A stretch of DNA of 34,644 nt from a virus (taxonomy: Duplodnaviria; Caudoviricetes). The translations under genes and the position numbers were made by a program. Under the pieces are notes generated by a model. The model saw only the letters and a program-made list of their open reading frames with translations. It searched no databases and had not been told where the DNA came from. Shown here piece after piece: positions 17,963 to 25,400 of the stretch. The stretch covers positions 1-34,644 of the IMG/VR virus record IMGVR_UViG_3300037419_001053; one strand, given 5' to 3'. Every line of letters starts with the position of its first letter. The stretch's first letter is position 1.

Positions 17963-18616
17963 CTAGACGACGGGGATGAGCCCGGAGTTGCCGGGCTCGG
18001 TGAAATCGAGCTGCTGCTCCGGATCGGCGTTGATGCTGCGGGTCAGTCCCACATCGGTGATGATGGTCCCCCGCGCGGAGAGCAGCGTCAGCACCGGGTA
18101 CTCGCGGCGGATTTCGCGGCGGAAGTAGACCGTCAGGTCGGCGCGTTGGTACCAGGCGGACTTGATCATCTCCGGCGCCTTGGTGAGGTCGCTGGTCTCC
18201 GTCAGCGCCATCCCGGCGAGGAACAGGGCTTCCCGATTCTGCGCCACGGCCAGGCCGTCGCGGAGGTTCGCGCCGTTCTTCTGGCAGGCGGCCCCGTAGA
18301 AGCTGCAGAGCACCTCGAGGCTTTCGTGCCGCACCAGGGTCTGTGCGCCCGCGCCGTTTGCCGCGTCCGGGTCCCAGCGTTCCACGGCGTAGGTATCGGC
18401 CTTACGGTTGATCACGCCCACGCCGACCCAGTTCACGTTCCGCGCCGGGAGGTTGGGCGGGTCGAGCTGCCAGCGCGGCCGCACGTAGTTGTCGCGGTCG
18501 AGGCCGGTGATCGCGCCCACCACGTCGCCGAGGAAGTCGTCGAGCGCGTCGTCCTCGATCGGCGCGGGTGTGGCCGCGGGCAGCAGATAGCCGCCGGTCG
18601 AGCTGTCGTTCGGCAT
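17963..18616 (-). CDS. Tail terminator/neck protein with C-terminal extension
   Basis: NDSSTGGYL, GITGL..VRPRWQ..PP, LCSFYG, QNREAL, RADLTVYFRR; precedes sheath. Confidence 0.82.
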   Translation of the reverse strand: MPNDSSTGGYLLPAATPAPIEDDALDDFLGDVVGAITGLDRDNYVRPRWQLDPPNLPARNVNWVGVGVINRKADTYAVERWDPDAANGAGAQTLVRHESLEVLCSFYGAACQKNGANLRDGLAVAQNREALFLAGMALTETSDLTKAPEMIKSAWYQRADLTVYFRREIRREYPVLTLLSARGTIITDVGLTRSINADPEQQLDFTEPGNSGLIPVV

Positions 18617-19017
18617 CAGGCGGGCTCGTTGTCGGTCGGGTCGGTGGACGAGCAGTCGGCCTGGATGAAGCCCGCGCCGAAGCGACTGAAGTCCTGGACC
18701 TTGTTCACGATGAAGGTGTCGCCGTTCCAGACGATCAGGTCGGGGGGCAGATCGGCGCCGGTGTCCGGATCCTTGCTGGCGCCCCGAAGGCGAAACTGGG
18801 TGTGCACCTGAAGCAGGCGCGGTAGGTGCTGCTGATTGGGCCCGCGCTGCATCGGCACGTCATTTTGTGGGATCACCGCACCCCACGGCGCCGGCGAGAT
18901 CGTGGCGGTGGTCATCGACGGCCGCCCCTTCACCATCGTCTGGGTGCGCCGCTGGATGGCCAGCTGCTCGGCGAAGTCCGGATCGAGGAGCACGTCCGAG
19001 ACGTCGAGGTCGGGCAT
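18616..19017 (-). CDS. Head closure/head-tail adaptor
   Basis: LDVSDVLLDPDF, PDLIVWNG, DFSRFGAGF; synteny. Confidence 0.75.
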   Translation of the reverse strand: MPDLDVSDVLLDPDFAEQLAIQRRTQTMVKGRPSMTTATISPAPWGAVIPQNDVPMQRGPNQQHLPRLLQVHTQFRLRGASKDPDTGADLPPDLIVWNGDTFIVNKVQDFSRFGAGFIQADCSSTDPTDNEPA

Positions 19018-19029
19018 GGCGGCCTCCCG

Positions 19030-19521
19030 CTACTTCGGACGGATGACGTGGGTGATCGCCCGTCTGTACTGGCCGGTGTCGATCAGGGGCTTGTCGCCGG
19101 TGCGGCCGCGGCGCTTGCGGGCGGCGAGCGTGCGCGGCGCGAGCGGTGCGAAGGGGCCGTCCGTGATCTTGCGCTTGATGGAGTTCTCGGCGATCAGGCC
19201 GACCGCGTTGTGGACCTTGTCGGCGTCCTTGATGCGGCCGTCGAGGATCGCTTTCCCGCCATCCTCGTAGCGCCGCACGATCTCGTCCCGGGCGCTCTCC
19301 ACGCCGGCCTTCATGTGCGGCCTGGCCGGGATGTTTCGCGCCGGCGAGCCGTTCTCCATGACGTAGCCGATGAGGGCGTTGTTGGCGGCCTCCGTCTCGT
19401 CGGGATCGGGCTTCCGCTCGGAGTGGTCGGCCGGGATGCCGACAAGCACCTCATGCTTCGTCAGTTCGCGGATCGACTTCAGGACCTGGGCCACCGAGTC
19501 CTTGGTGACCTTCAGGCTCAC
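19030..19521 (-). CDS. Neck/tail completion (virion morphogenesis) protein
   Basis: VLVGIP, ENGSPARNIPARP, PLAPRTLAARKRRG..KPLIDTGQYRRAIT. Confidence 0.85.
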   Translation of the reverse strand: MSLKVTKDSVAQVLKSIRELTKHEVLVGIPADHSERKPDPDETEAANNALIGYVMENGSPARNIPARPHMKAGVESARDEIVRRYEDGGKAILDGRIKDADKVHNAVGLIAENSIKRKITDGPFAPLAPRTLAARKRRGRTGDKPLIDTGQYRRAITHVIRPK

Positions 19522-19898
19522 AGCTGCAGCCCGCCCGCGCCCATCTGCTCCGCGTACTGCCAGAACTGCACGCCGTAGTCGGTGGCGTTCCAGTTCCCAG
19601 TCCCTTCGATCGTGACCGAGGCGGCGTCGTAGGACGCGCTCACCTTGTCCACCGCCTTCGCGGTCTGCACGCCCTGCGTGGCGCCGGGCACCGCGCCGAC
19701 GGCTGCCGCCTTGGCGCGGCGCTTCGCCATCACGACGTTGTGGGCGATCCAGAGCCCCTGGCCGAAGTCCGCCAGGTCCCCCCAGGCGTCGGCGCCGACC
19801 CGCAGCGGAGCCAGCGTGACATAGGGGCTGACCATCCCGTCTGGGTAGTCCGTCGTGTCGAACTCCGGATAGGCGGCTCGGAAGGCGGCGAGGTCCAT
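19518..19898 (-). CDS. Head-tail connector (DUF4054-like)
   Basis: FRAAYPEF..YPD, LWIAH, KAVDKVSASYD, WNATDYGVQF. Confidence 0.85.
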   Translation of the reverse strand: MDLAAFRAAYPEFDTTDYPDGMVSPYVTLAPLRVGADAWGDLADFGQGLWIAHNVVMAKRRAKAAAVGAVPGATQGVQTAKAVDKVSASYDAASVTIEGTGNWNATDYGVQFWQYAEQMGAGGLQL

Positions 19899-19910
19899 GG
19901 GCGGCCCGGC

Positions 19911-20183
19911 TTAGCCCTTGGCCTTGCCGCGGCCGGCCGGCTTCGGCTCGGATACGGCGTCATCGTCATCCCCGCCCGAGACGGAGTCGTTGCCCTCCTG
20001 GCCCAGCTCGCTCTGGCGGCCTTCGGGCTCTGCCACGCTGTCGTTGCCCTCCAGGTGCGGCTGGGTGTGCCAGTGGTTGGCCACCTCGTCGGAGACTTCG
20101 TGCTCGCCGACGCCGTACTCGACCGGCTTCTCGTTCGCCGCCAGCAGGAGTTTGAACGGCTTCGCAACCTTGATGGTGGGCAT
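19911..20183 (-). CDS. Small head-associated protein, 90 aa
   Basis: GAGGG RBS; IKVAKPFKL...YGVGEHEVSDEVANHW, acidic/basic tail; follows capsid gene. Confidence 0.7.
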   Translation of the reverse strand: MPTIKVAKPFKLLLAANEKPVEYGVGEHEVSDEVANHWHTQPHLEGNDSVAEPEGRQSELGQEGNDSVSGGDDDDAVSEPKPAGRGKAKG

Positions 20184-20280
20184 GGGATTTCCCTCTTCGT
20201 CCGGGGAAGCGGATGCGGGGCCGAGGCTAGGCCAGCGGCGGGGTTAGCGCCGTGTCCCCTTCATCCGCTTGCCGGGGCGG

Positions 20281-20309
20281 AGAAAAGGGGCGGCCCGAAG
20301 ACCGCCCCC
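20281..20309 (-). terminator. Rho-independent terminator after the major capsid gene
   Basis: Minus strand GGGGCGGTC-TTCG-GGCCGCCCC-TTTTCT. Confidence 0.85.
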
Positions 20310-20333
20310 GATGCTCTGTGGCGGTGGTAGGCC

Positions 20334-21455
20334 TTAGCCGATGCCGTCGCGGTAGGCGCAGGTTTCCGGATAGACGTACTCCACCCGGCCGAGGCGGCCG
20401 TAGTAGGGGACGGCGATCCAGATGCCCCGGTACTGGGGCTGCATGGCCTGCAGCGGCACCATCGGGAAGCGCACGTAGTTCGGGTTCTGGCTGTAGGCGA
20501 CCATCCGGTCGTAGGTCGCCGCCGCGCCGCCCGGGCCGTTGATGTTGGCCTTGTCGAGCCACTTCACCGGGACGATCTCGATGTCCTTCTTGTACTGGGC
20601 GGTGAAGACGTTGTTCTCCATCACGTACTTCATGACGGAGGTCTGCGCGGCGTCGCCGATCTTGGTCGTGGCGAGGTAGCCGTAGGGATTCGGCGACACC
20701 AGGACCTTGTTCGGCGGCGCCTTATAGCCCGAGGCCGCCCAGGCCGAGGTGAGCACCTCGTTGAAGTCGGCGGTGATCTCGTCCGGGGTCTTGTTGATCC
20801 ACAGCGGCGAGCCGTTCGCCCCGTTCGCCACGTTCGAGCTGTTGGTGACCAGGGTGTGGTTCACCAAGCCCGTCGCGCCGATGTCCGTGTCGCCCACGTA
20901 GACCAGCTGGTCAGTGTCCATCTGGTGCTTGAGGTTGAGCCCGGTCAGCTGCTGGGAGTCGATCGGCCGGCCGGTGATCTGCGCCGACTGGAGTTCGGGG
21001 ACGGTGTAGCTCACCTCCTCAGCCCAGAGCGTCAGGTCGTTGGTGATCTTGCCGATGTCGACGTTGGCGCGCGGCAGGGTGGTGGTCGCCTTGCCCGCCC
21101 AGCTGATGCCGGCCGGCCTGGCGCCGCCCACGGAGCCGAACGTCGAGACGGTGAACGAGGAGTGCTCGTCCCCCATCTGCACGTCGGTGCGCAGGTCGAT
21201 GTCCCGGCTCCACGACACCTCGACGAGGGGTTCGTGGATGGTCGGGTCGAGGCGCTCGAGCTCCCCGATCAGGAAGGCGCCGGCGCTGTCCAGCGTCGCC
21301 TGGTCGTAGGTGACGAACTCGTCGGTAAGGAAGTGCCGACGGACGTGGGGCGCGGGCAGATCGCTGCGCTTGGCCACCGACGCGACGGCGTGGGCCGCGG
21401 CGCCGGTGACGGCGACGAGGGCCGACGTCCCCATGATGATGTGGAGAGGCTTCAT
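20334..21455 (-). CDS. Major capsid protein (DUF2184, encapsulin/HK97-like fold)
   Basis: GAFLIGELERLDPTIHEPL..WSRDI, GRPIDSQ, VYVGD, GLVN, DRMVAY, YVRFPMVP, G.VEYVYP. Confidence 0.93.
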   Translation of the reverse strand: MKPLHIIMGTSALVAVTGAAAHAVASVAKRSDLPAPHVRRHFLTDEFVTYDQATLDSAGAFLIGELERLDPTIHEPLVEVSWSRDIDLRTDVQMGDEHSSFTVSTFGSVGGARPAGISWAGKATTTLPRANVDIGKITNDLTLWAEEVSYTVPELQSAQITGRPIDSQQLTGLNLKHQMDTDQLVYVGDTDIGATGLVNHTLVTNSSNVANGANGSPLWINKTPDEITADFNEVLTSAWAASGYKAPPNKVLVSPNPYGYLATTKIGDAAQTSVMKYVMENNVFTAQYKKDIEIVPVKWLDKANINGPGGAAATYDRMVAYSQNPNYVRFPMVPLQAMQPQYRGIWIAVPYYGRLGRVEYVYPETCAYRDGIG

Positions 21456-21473
21456 GGCTCAATGGCCCCCTGA

Positions 21474-21971
21474 TTAAGCGTTGATGTTCTTGCTGATCTC
21501 CACGAAGCCGTTGCTGTCCGCAGGGCCCGTGAAGAAGCAGTTCGTGACGGCGACCGCCGTGCCGCCGCCCGCAGGCGAGGCCGAGGTGACGATGTCGCCG
21601 ACCACGACCGTGCCACCAGCGGTGGTGACGACGTAGACCTGGCCGTCCTTTGCCGCAGTGCCGAGCTTCAGCGGCACGGCGACGTAGCCGCGCTTCAGAA
21701 CGTCGGCGACGCCGCTGGTGGGCGGCGTCGGAGACGAGCCGAGGCCCGTGGTGGAGGACTGCGTCGGGTAGGGGTTGACGAGGACGTTGTAGGCGCCCGC
21801 CGCGTCGCCGGAAGCGACCGGCTGCAGCTTGCCGGAGACGGTTTTCACGAACCCGCCGTAGATGGTGGGAGGCGTGCCGCTGTCGATGATTTCCTGCTCG
21901 ACGGTCAGGCTGTCCGAACGGGTGATGCGGCCGGGAAAGCCCGCGCCCATCCGGGTGGTGATAGCGACCAT
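21474..21971 (-). CDS. Capsid decoration/cement protein
   Basis: RMGAGFPGRITR, PYPTQS, DVLKRGYV, FTGPADSNG.VEI; directly upstream of MCP. Confidence 0.8.
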   Translation of the reverse strand: MVAITTRMGAGFPGRITRSDSLTVEQEIIDSGTPPTIYGGFVKTVSGKLQPVASGDAAGAYNVLVNPYPTQSSTTGLGSSPTPPTSGVADVLKRGYVAVPLKLGTAAKDGQVYVVTTAGGTVVVGDIVTSASPAGGGTAVAVTNCFFTGPADSNGFVEISKNINA

Positions 21972-22027
21972 GTGATGGCTCCTCTGGATCGCTGGTGGGC
22001 CGTGCGCCTGTCGGCGACGGGCTGGGG

Positions 22028-23410
22028 CTAGATGACGCCGTCCTTACGGCGCTGCTGGATGAGCTCCTGGTACTTGGCCGGGGTCATCCGGCCCTGCGGC
22101 ACATCGAAGGCGCGCGCGCCAGTGCCGGCGTTGTTCGCGACCTTGGTCACTTGCGCCGCGGCATCGAAGAGCATCGTCACCTCGGAAGGGCGCATCTTGT
22201 CGATGTCGCGGCCGGAGACGATCGGCTCGATCAGCGGCTTGCGCTTGCCGTCGGCGAGCGCGGTCTTCAGGGAGCGGCGGCGCAGATCGGTGACGGCGGC
22301 GCGGGTGATCTTGCCGGTGGCGCTGTCCTTGGTCGGGAGCTTCACGCCCGGAGCCAGGATTTCGGCCTTCGACATGGCGTCCTGGACCTGCGACTTCTCG
22401 GCCTCCTTCTCCTCCTCGGCGGCCTCCTCGTCGGTGGTCTGGTCGTCGTCGCCCTCGCCTTCCTTCTTCTTCTCGCCATCTCCGTCGGACTCGCCGTCCT
22501 GGGTGCCGGAGCCGGCCAGCGCCGTCTTCAGGCCCTCAAAGGCGTCCTTCATCGAGCCGACGCAATCCTCCAGGGCCTTGAAGCGGGCCTCGTAGGGGTC
22601 TTCCTTGCCGCCCTCGCCTTCGCCGCCTTCGTCGATGGATTCGGCGGCGGCCGCGGGCGCGGCGCCTTCGATCTTGATGACGACGGTCTTGCCGTCGCCG
22701 TCGCCATCCTCCTCGTCGTCCATGACCTCCTCGGCCTTGCCGAGGTTCTCCTCGAGCGCGGCTTCGTCACGGTTCTTGAAGGCCTTCCGGATGCCGTCCA
22801 GGAGACGGCGGGTATTGCGGGTCGCCATGGGCGGCTCCTCTTGCTCAGAATCCTTGATGTGCATCCCGGGCCCGCCTCGGGCACGGTCGACGAGGGCGGT
22901 GTGGTTGCCCACGTTCTTGGTCTGCCGGGCCTGGCCCGGCCGGATCTGTTCGACGTCGCTGTCGTAGCCGGGCGAGAGTTGGACCTTCCCGGCCTCGACG
23001 TCGGCGATCGCCTGCGCCTCGGTGATCAGCAGGTCGCCGATCAGGCAGGTGGCCTCGACGCCCTCCCCGCGCCGCGGGTTGAGAATCACGCCGACGGCGA
23101 ACTCCTTGAAGTTCTCCGGCGTCACTGGCACGGGCGGGTGGTCGTTGGTGACCGGCTTGCCGGCGTAGGAGGCGATGCAGTCCGGATCGAACAGGACGTC
23201 CGCGTCTCGCTCGACCACGATCATCTTGCCGAAGGGGCCCGGCTCGATGGTCGGCATCTCCTCGACCGAGTAGAGCATCGGCCCCGTGCGGGCGATGACC
23301 GCGCCCTCGCAGAACAGGAAGCCTTCCGGCGTCCGGTAGCGGGTGCGGCCGATTTGCTCCGGGGCGTAGGTCGCGAGGTCAGCGACGGCCCGGTCGGTGG
23401 TGAGAGCCAT
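22028..23410 (-). CDS. Prohead protease/scaffold (DUF2213-like)
   Basis: TPEGFL..IARTG..Y, GKPVTNDHP, LSPGY, GNHTALVDRARGG; acidic scaffold C-half. Confidence 0.9.
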   Translation of the reverse strand: MALTTDRAVADLATYAPEQIGRTRYRTPEGFLFCEGAVIARTGPMLYSVEEMPTIEPGPFGKMIVVERDADVLFDPDCIASYAGKPVTNDHPPVPVTPENFKEFAVGVILNPRRGEGVEATCLIGDLLITEAQAIADVEAGKVQLSPGYDSDVEQIRPGQARQTKNVGNHTALVDRARGGPGMHIKDSEQEEPPMATRNTRRLLDGIRKAFKNRDEAALEENLGKAEEVMDDEEDGDGDGKTVVIKIEGAAPAAAAESIDEGGEGEGGKEDPYEARFKALEDCVGSMKDAFEGLKTALAGSGTQDGESDGDGEKKKEGEGDDDQTTDEEAAEEEKEAEKSQVQDAMSKAEILAPGVKLPTKDSATGKITRAAVTDLRRRSLKTALADGKRKPLIEPIVSGRDIDKMRPSEVTMLFDAAAQVTKVANNAGTGARAFDVPQGRMTPAKYQELIQQRRKDGVI

Positions 23411-23412
23411 GG

Positions 23413-23823
23413 TCAGGCGCTCGCCACCCCGAACTGGGCCGAGACGATCGTGTTCGCGGCCGTGCAGGTGAACCTGGCCCGTTTGCCGTTGGTCAGCGTC
23501 ACCGCCGCGCCGGCCGAGCCGCCGTCGATGGCCACGCCCGAGGCGGCGGGGTAGACGCCGGCGGCCGCCGCGCCTGCGTTATAGACCTCGCACGACTGTC
23601 CGGGCGTCAGCACCGGCAGGGTGACGGCATCCCCGGCGTTCGCGCACGTCCCGATCACGTTGATCTCGGTGGTCAGCGGCGTGCCGCCGGCGATGGTGTG
23701 CGTCGTCGAGGCGACGATGCCGGCGGTGACGCTGCGGGTGTTGATGCCGGAGGACACGAAGCTGGCCGCCATGAAGATGGCGGCGCGCTTGACACCCTTC
23801 AGCACGTAAGCGGGGAGCGACAT
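23413..23823 (-). CDS. Putative head decoration/appendage protein, 136 aa
   Basis: GGAG RBS then ATG 23823 (MSLPAYV); Ala/Gly/Thr-rich beta-type sequence; ends 2 nt before the protease start. Confidence 0.65.
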   Translation of the reverse strand: MSLPAYVLKGVKRAAIFMAASFVSSGINTRSVTAGIVASTTHTIAGGTPLTTEINVIGTCANAGDAVTLPVLTPGQSCEVYNAGAAAAGVYPAASGVAIDGGSAGAAVTLTNGKRARFTCTAANTIVSAQFGVASA

Positions 23824-23881
23824 GGGCTTTCTCCATGATCCGGGGGCGCACCGTCGCGCTTCCGGGTGTAGGCTGTTGGTG

Positions 23882-24118
23882 ATGCGGGACACCCCTGAGG
23901 GCATCGTCGAGGAGCTGCGCGATGGCGCGCGGGTTGAGGCGCTCGAGCTCGGCGTTCCGGCCGAGGAGCTGACCGCGAGCCAGGCTGCGGACCACATCGA
24001 GCACTTGAGAGGCCACCTGCAGCGGATCGCTGCCGGCGAGGACGAGCCGGCACGGATCGCGGCTGAGGCGCTGGATGTGAAGCTGTGGGTGCTCGGTGCC
24101 GAGAAGGAACCGGGCTAG
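23882..24118 (+). CDS. Small acidic antisense protein (78 aa), moron-like
   Basis: MRDTPEGIVEELRDGARVEALELG...; helical acidic composition unlike a shadow ORF; fills a gap with no convincing minus-strand gene. Confidence 0.55.
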   Translation: MRDTPEGIVEELRDGARVEALELGVPAEELTASQAADHIEHLRGHLQRIAAGEDEPARIAAEALDVKLWVLGAEKEPG

Positions 24119-24432
24119 CGGATCGTGAAGTTCGCCACCAAGGCCGTGGCGGGCGCCGTCGACCCAGTCGCCGTGGTGGTCGCTGCAGCCGAGATGGCGT
24201 TCAGGAACGAGGCGTCCAGCTGGCCGCTCGCGCGGTCGCCCGCCTTGATGCCGATGCTGAGCTTCGGCGCGTCGGTGCCCACGGTGGGCGAGGCTTTGTC
24301 GATCAGCTGCACGTAGGCGACGGCGGCGCCCGGGTTGAAGATCTCGTACGAGACGATCTTGCCCGCAGCCGCCTTCACCGCCTGGGCGGCAGCCAGCAGG
24401 GCGGGCAGGAGCACCGGCGTGGAGGCGGTCAT
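24115..24432 (-). CDS. Putative virion accessory protein, 105 aa
   Basis: GGGAG RBS; VKAAAGKIVSYEIFNPGAAVAYVQLID beta-sandwich-like pattern. Confidence 0.65.
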   Translation of the reverse strand: MTASTPVLLPALLAAAQAVKAAAGKIVSYEIFNPGAAVAYVQLIDKASPTVGTDAPKLSIGIKAGDRASGQLDASFLNAISAAATTTATGSTAPATALVANFTIR

Positions 24433-24444
24433 AGTCAGAACTCC

Positions 24445-24633
24445 CTAGCGCTCGACCGTCGCGCCGCACTTCGTGCAGACATCGCGGACGTAGACTTCCT
24501 TCGAAAGTTCCCCGGCGACGAACCTGTCGTGCCGGGCCTCGAACGTGTGCTCGCAGGAGCGGCTCACCGCAGAGCCGCCTGAGGGCGCGCGGGCCGCGGC
24601 CCTGTCGTCGTAGGATGGCTGGTAGCCGCCCAT
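24445..24633 (-). CDS. Hypothetical 62-aa protein with CxH and CxxC (possible zinc ribbon)
   Basis: ATG 24633 just after the minor-head stop; SCEHTF...VCTKCG. Confidence 0.55.
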   Translation of the reverse strand: MGGYQPSYDDRAAARAPSGGSAVSRSCEHTFEARHDRFVAGELSKEVYVRDVCTKCGATVER

Positions 24634-24635
24634 GG

Positions 24636-25400
24636 TCAGAACTCCGGAATAACGGGCTCGCAGTAGCAGCGGCAGTTCGGCAGGGCGCCGGCGTGCCCCT
24701 TGAGGCCGTCCAGCACCGGGGCGTCGTCCCAGGCCACGAACCTGCCCGCCATGCGGCGGTGGCTCTCGCGCACGTCGGAATCGCCGGCCGTCCGCCAGAT
24801 GTAGCCCGTCGAGCCGACATGCTCGGCCCGGGTCTGCGTCAGCGTGGTGGCCGCGCGGCCCACTTCGGTGCGCGCGATCAGATTGGCGCGGCTCCGGGTC
24901 ACCTGCCCGATCCGCATGATCTCCTCGGCCACCTGGGCAGCGCGGCCGCCGTCGGCCAGGCCCTCGACGGTCAGGCGGTGCACGCGCTCGCCGGCCTCGG
25001 TGGGCAGGCTGGTGATCAGCGCAACCTGCTCCTGGAGGAGCCGCCGCATCGCCATGCCCGTGGGGGCGGTGTCGATCTCGCGCCGCAGCAGCTGGCCCAT
25101 TTCCGTGACCCGCGAGCGCCAGGCGTCGCGGTCCCGGCGGGAGACGTCGGCCAGCATGCGCTCGGCGACCGATCGGCCCCACGGCGTGATGAGCTCGGCA
25201 TACTTCCGCAGGCGCTCGCGCAAGGCGGCGGCCTGCATCAGGTCCGACGGCGGAGAGCCGCTGACGATCTCACCGATGTGGCGCGCGATCTTCCGCAGCT
25301 GCGATCCGTAGTAGCGCTCGACCTTGCGGGCCTGGACGAAACTGCGCTCGCCCGGGGCCCGCTTGTCGAAGGTGAACCGGCTGTAGGGCTCAGGCCGCAT
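24636..25400 (-). CDS. Minor head/head morphogenesis protein (SPP1 gp7/Mu F-like)
   Basis: RANLIARTEVGR, YIWRTAGDSDVRESH, HAGALPNCRCY. Confidence 0.92.
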   Translation of the reverse strand: MRPEPYSRFTFDKRAPGERSFVQARKVERYYGSQLRKIARHIGEIVSGSPPSDLMQAAALRERLRKYAELITPWGRSVAERMLADVSRRDRDAWRSRVTEMGQLLRREIDTAPTGMAMRRLLQEQVALITSLPTEAGERVHRLTVEGLADGGRAAQVAEEIMRIGQVTRSRANLIARTEVGRAATTLTQTRAEHVGSTGYIWRTAGDSDVRESHRRMAGRFVAWDDAPVLDGLKGHAGALPNCRCYCEPVIPEF

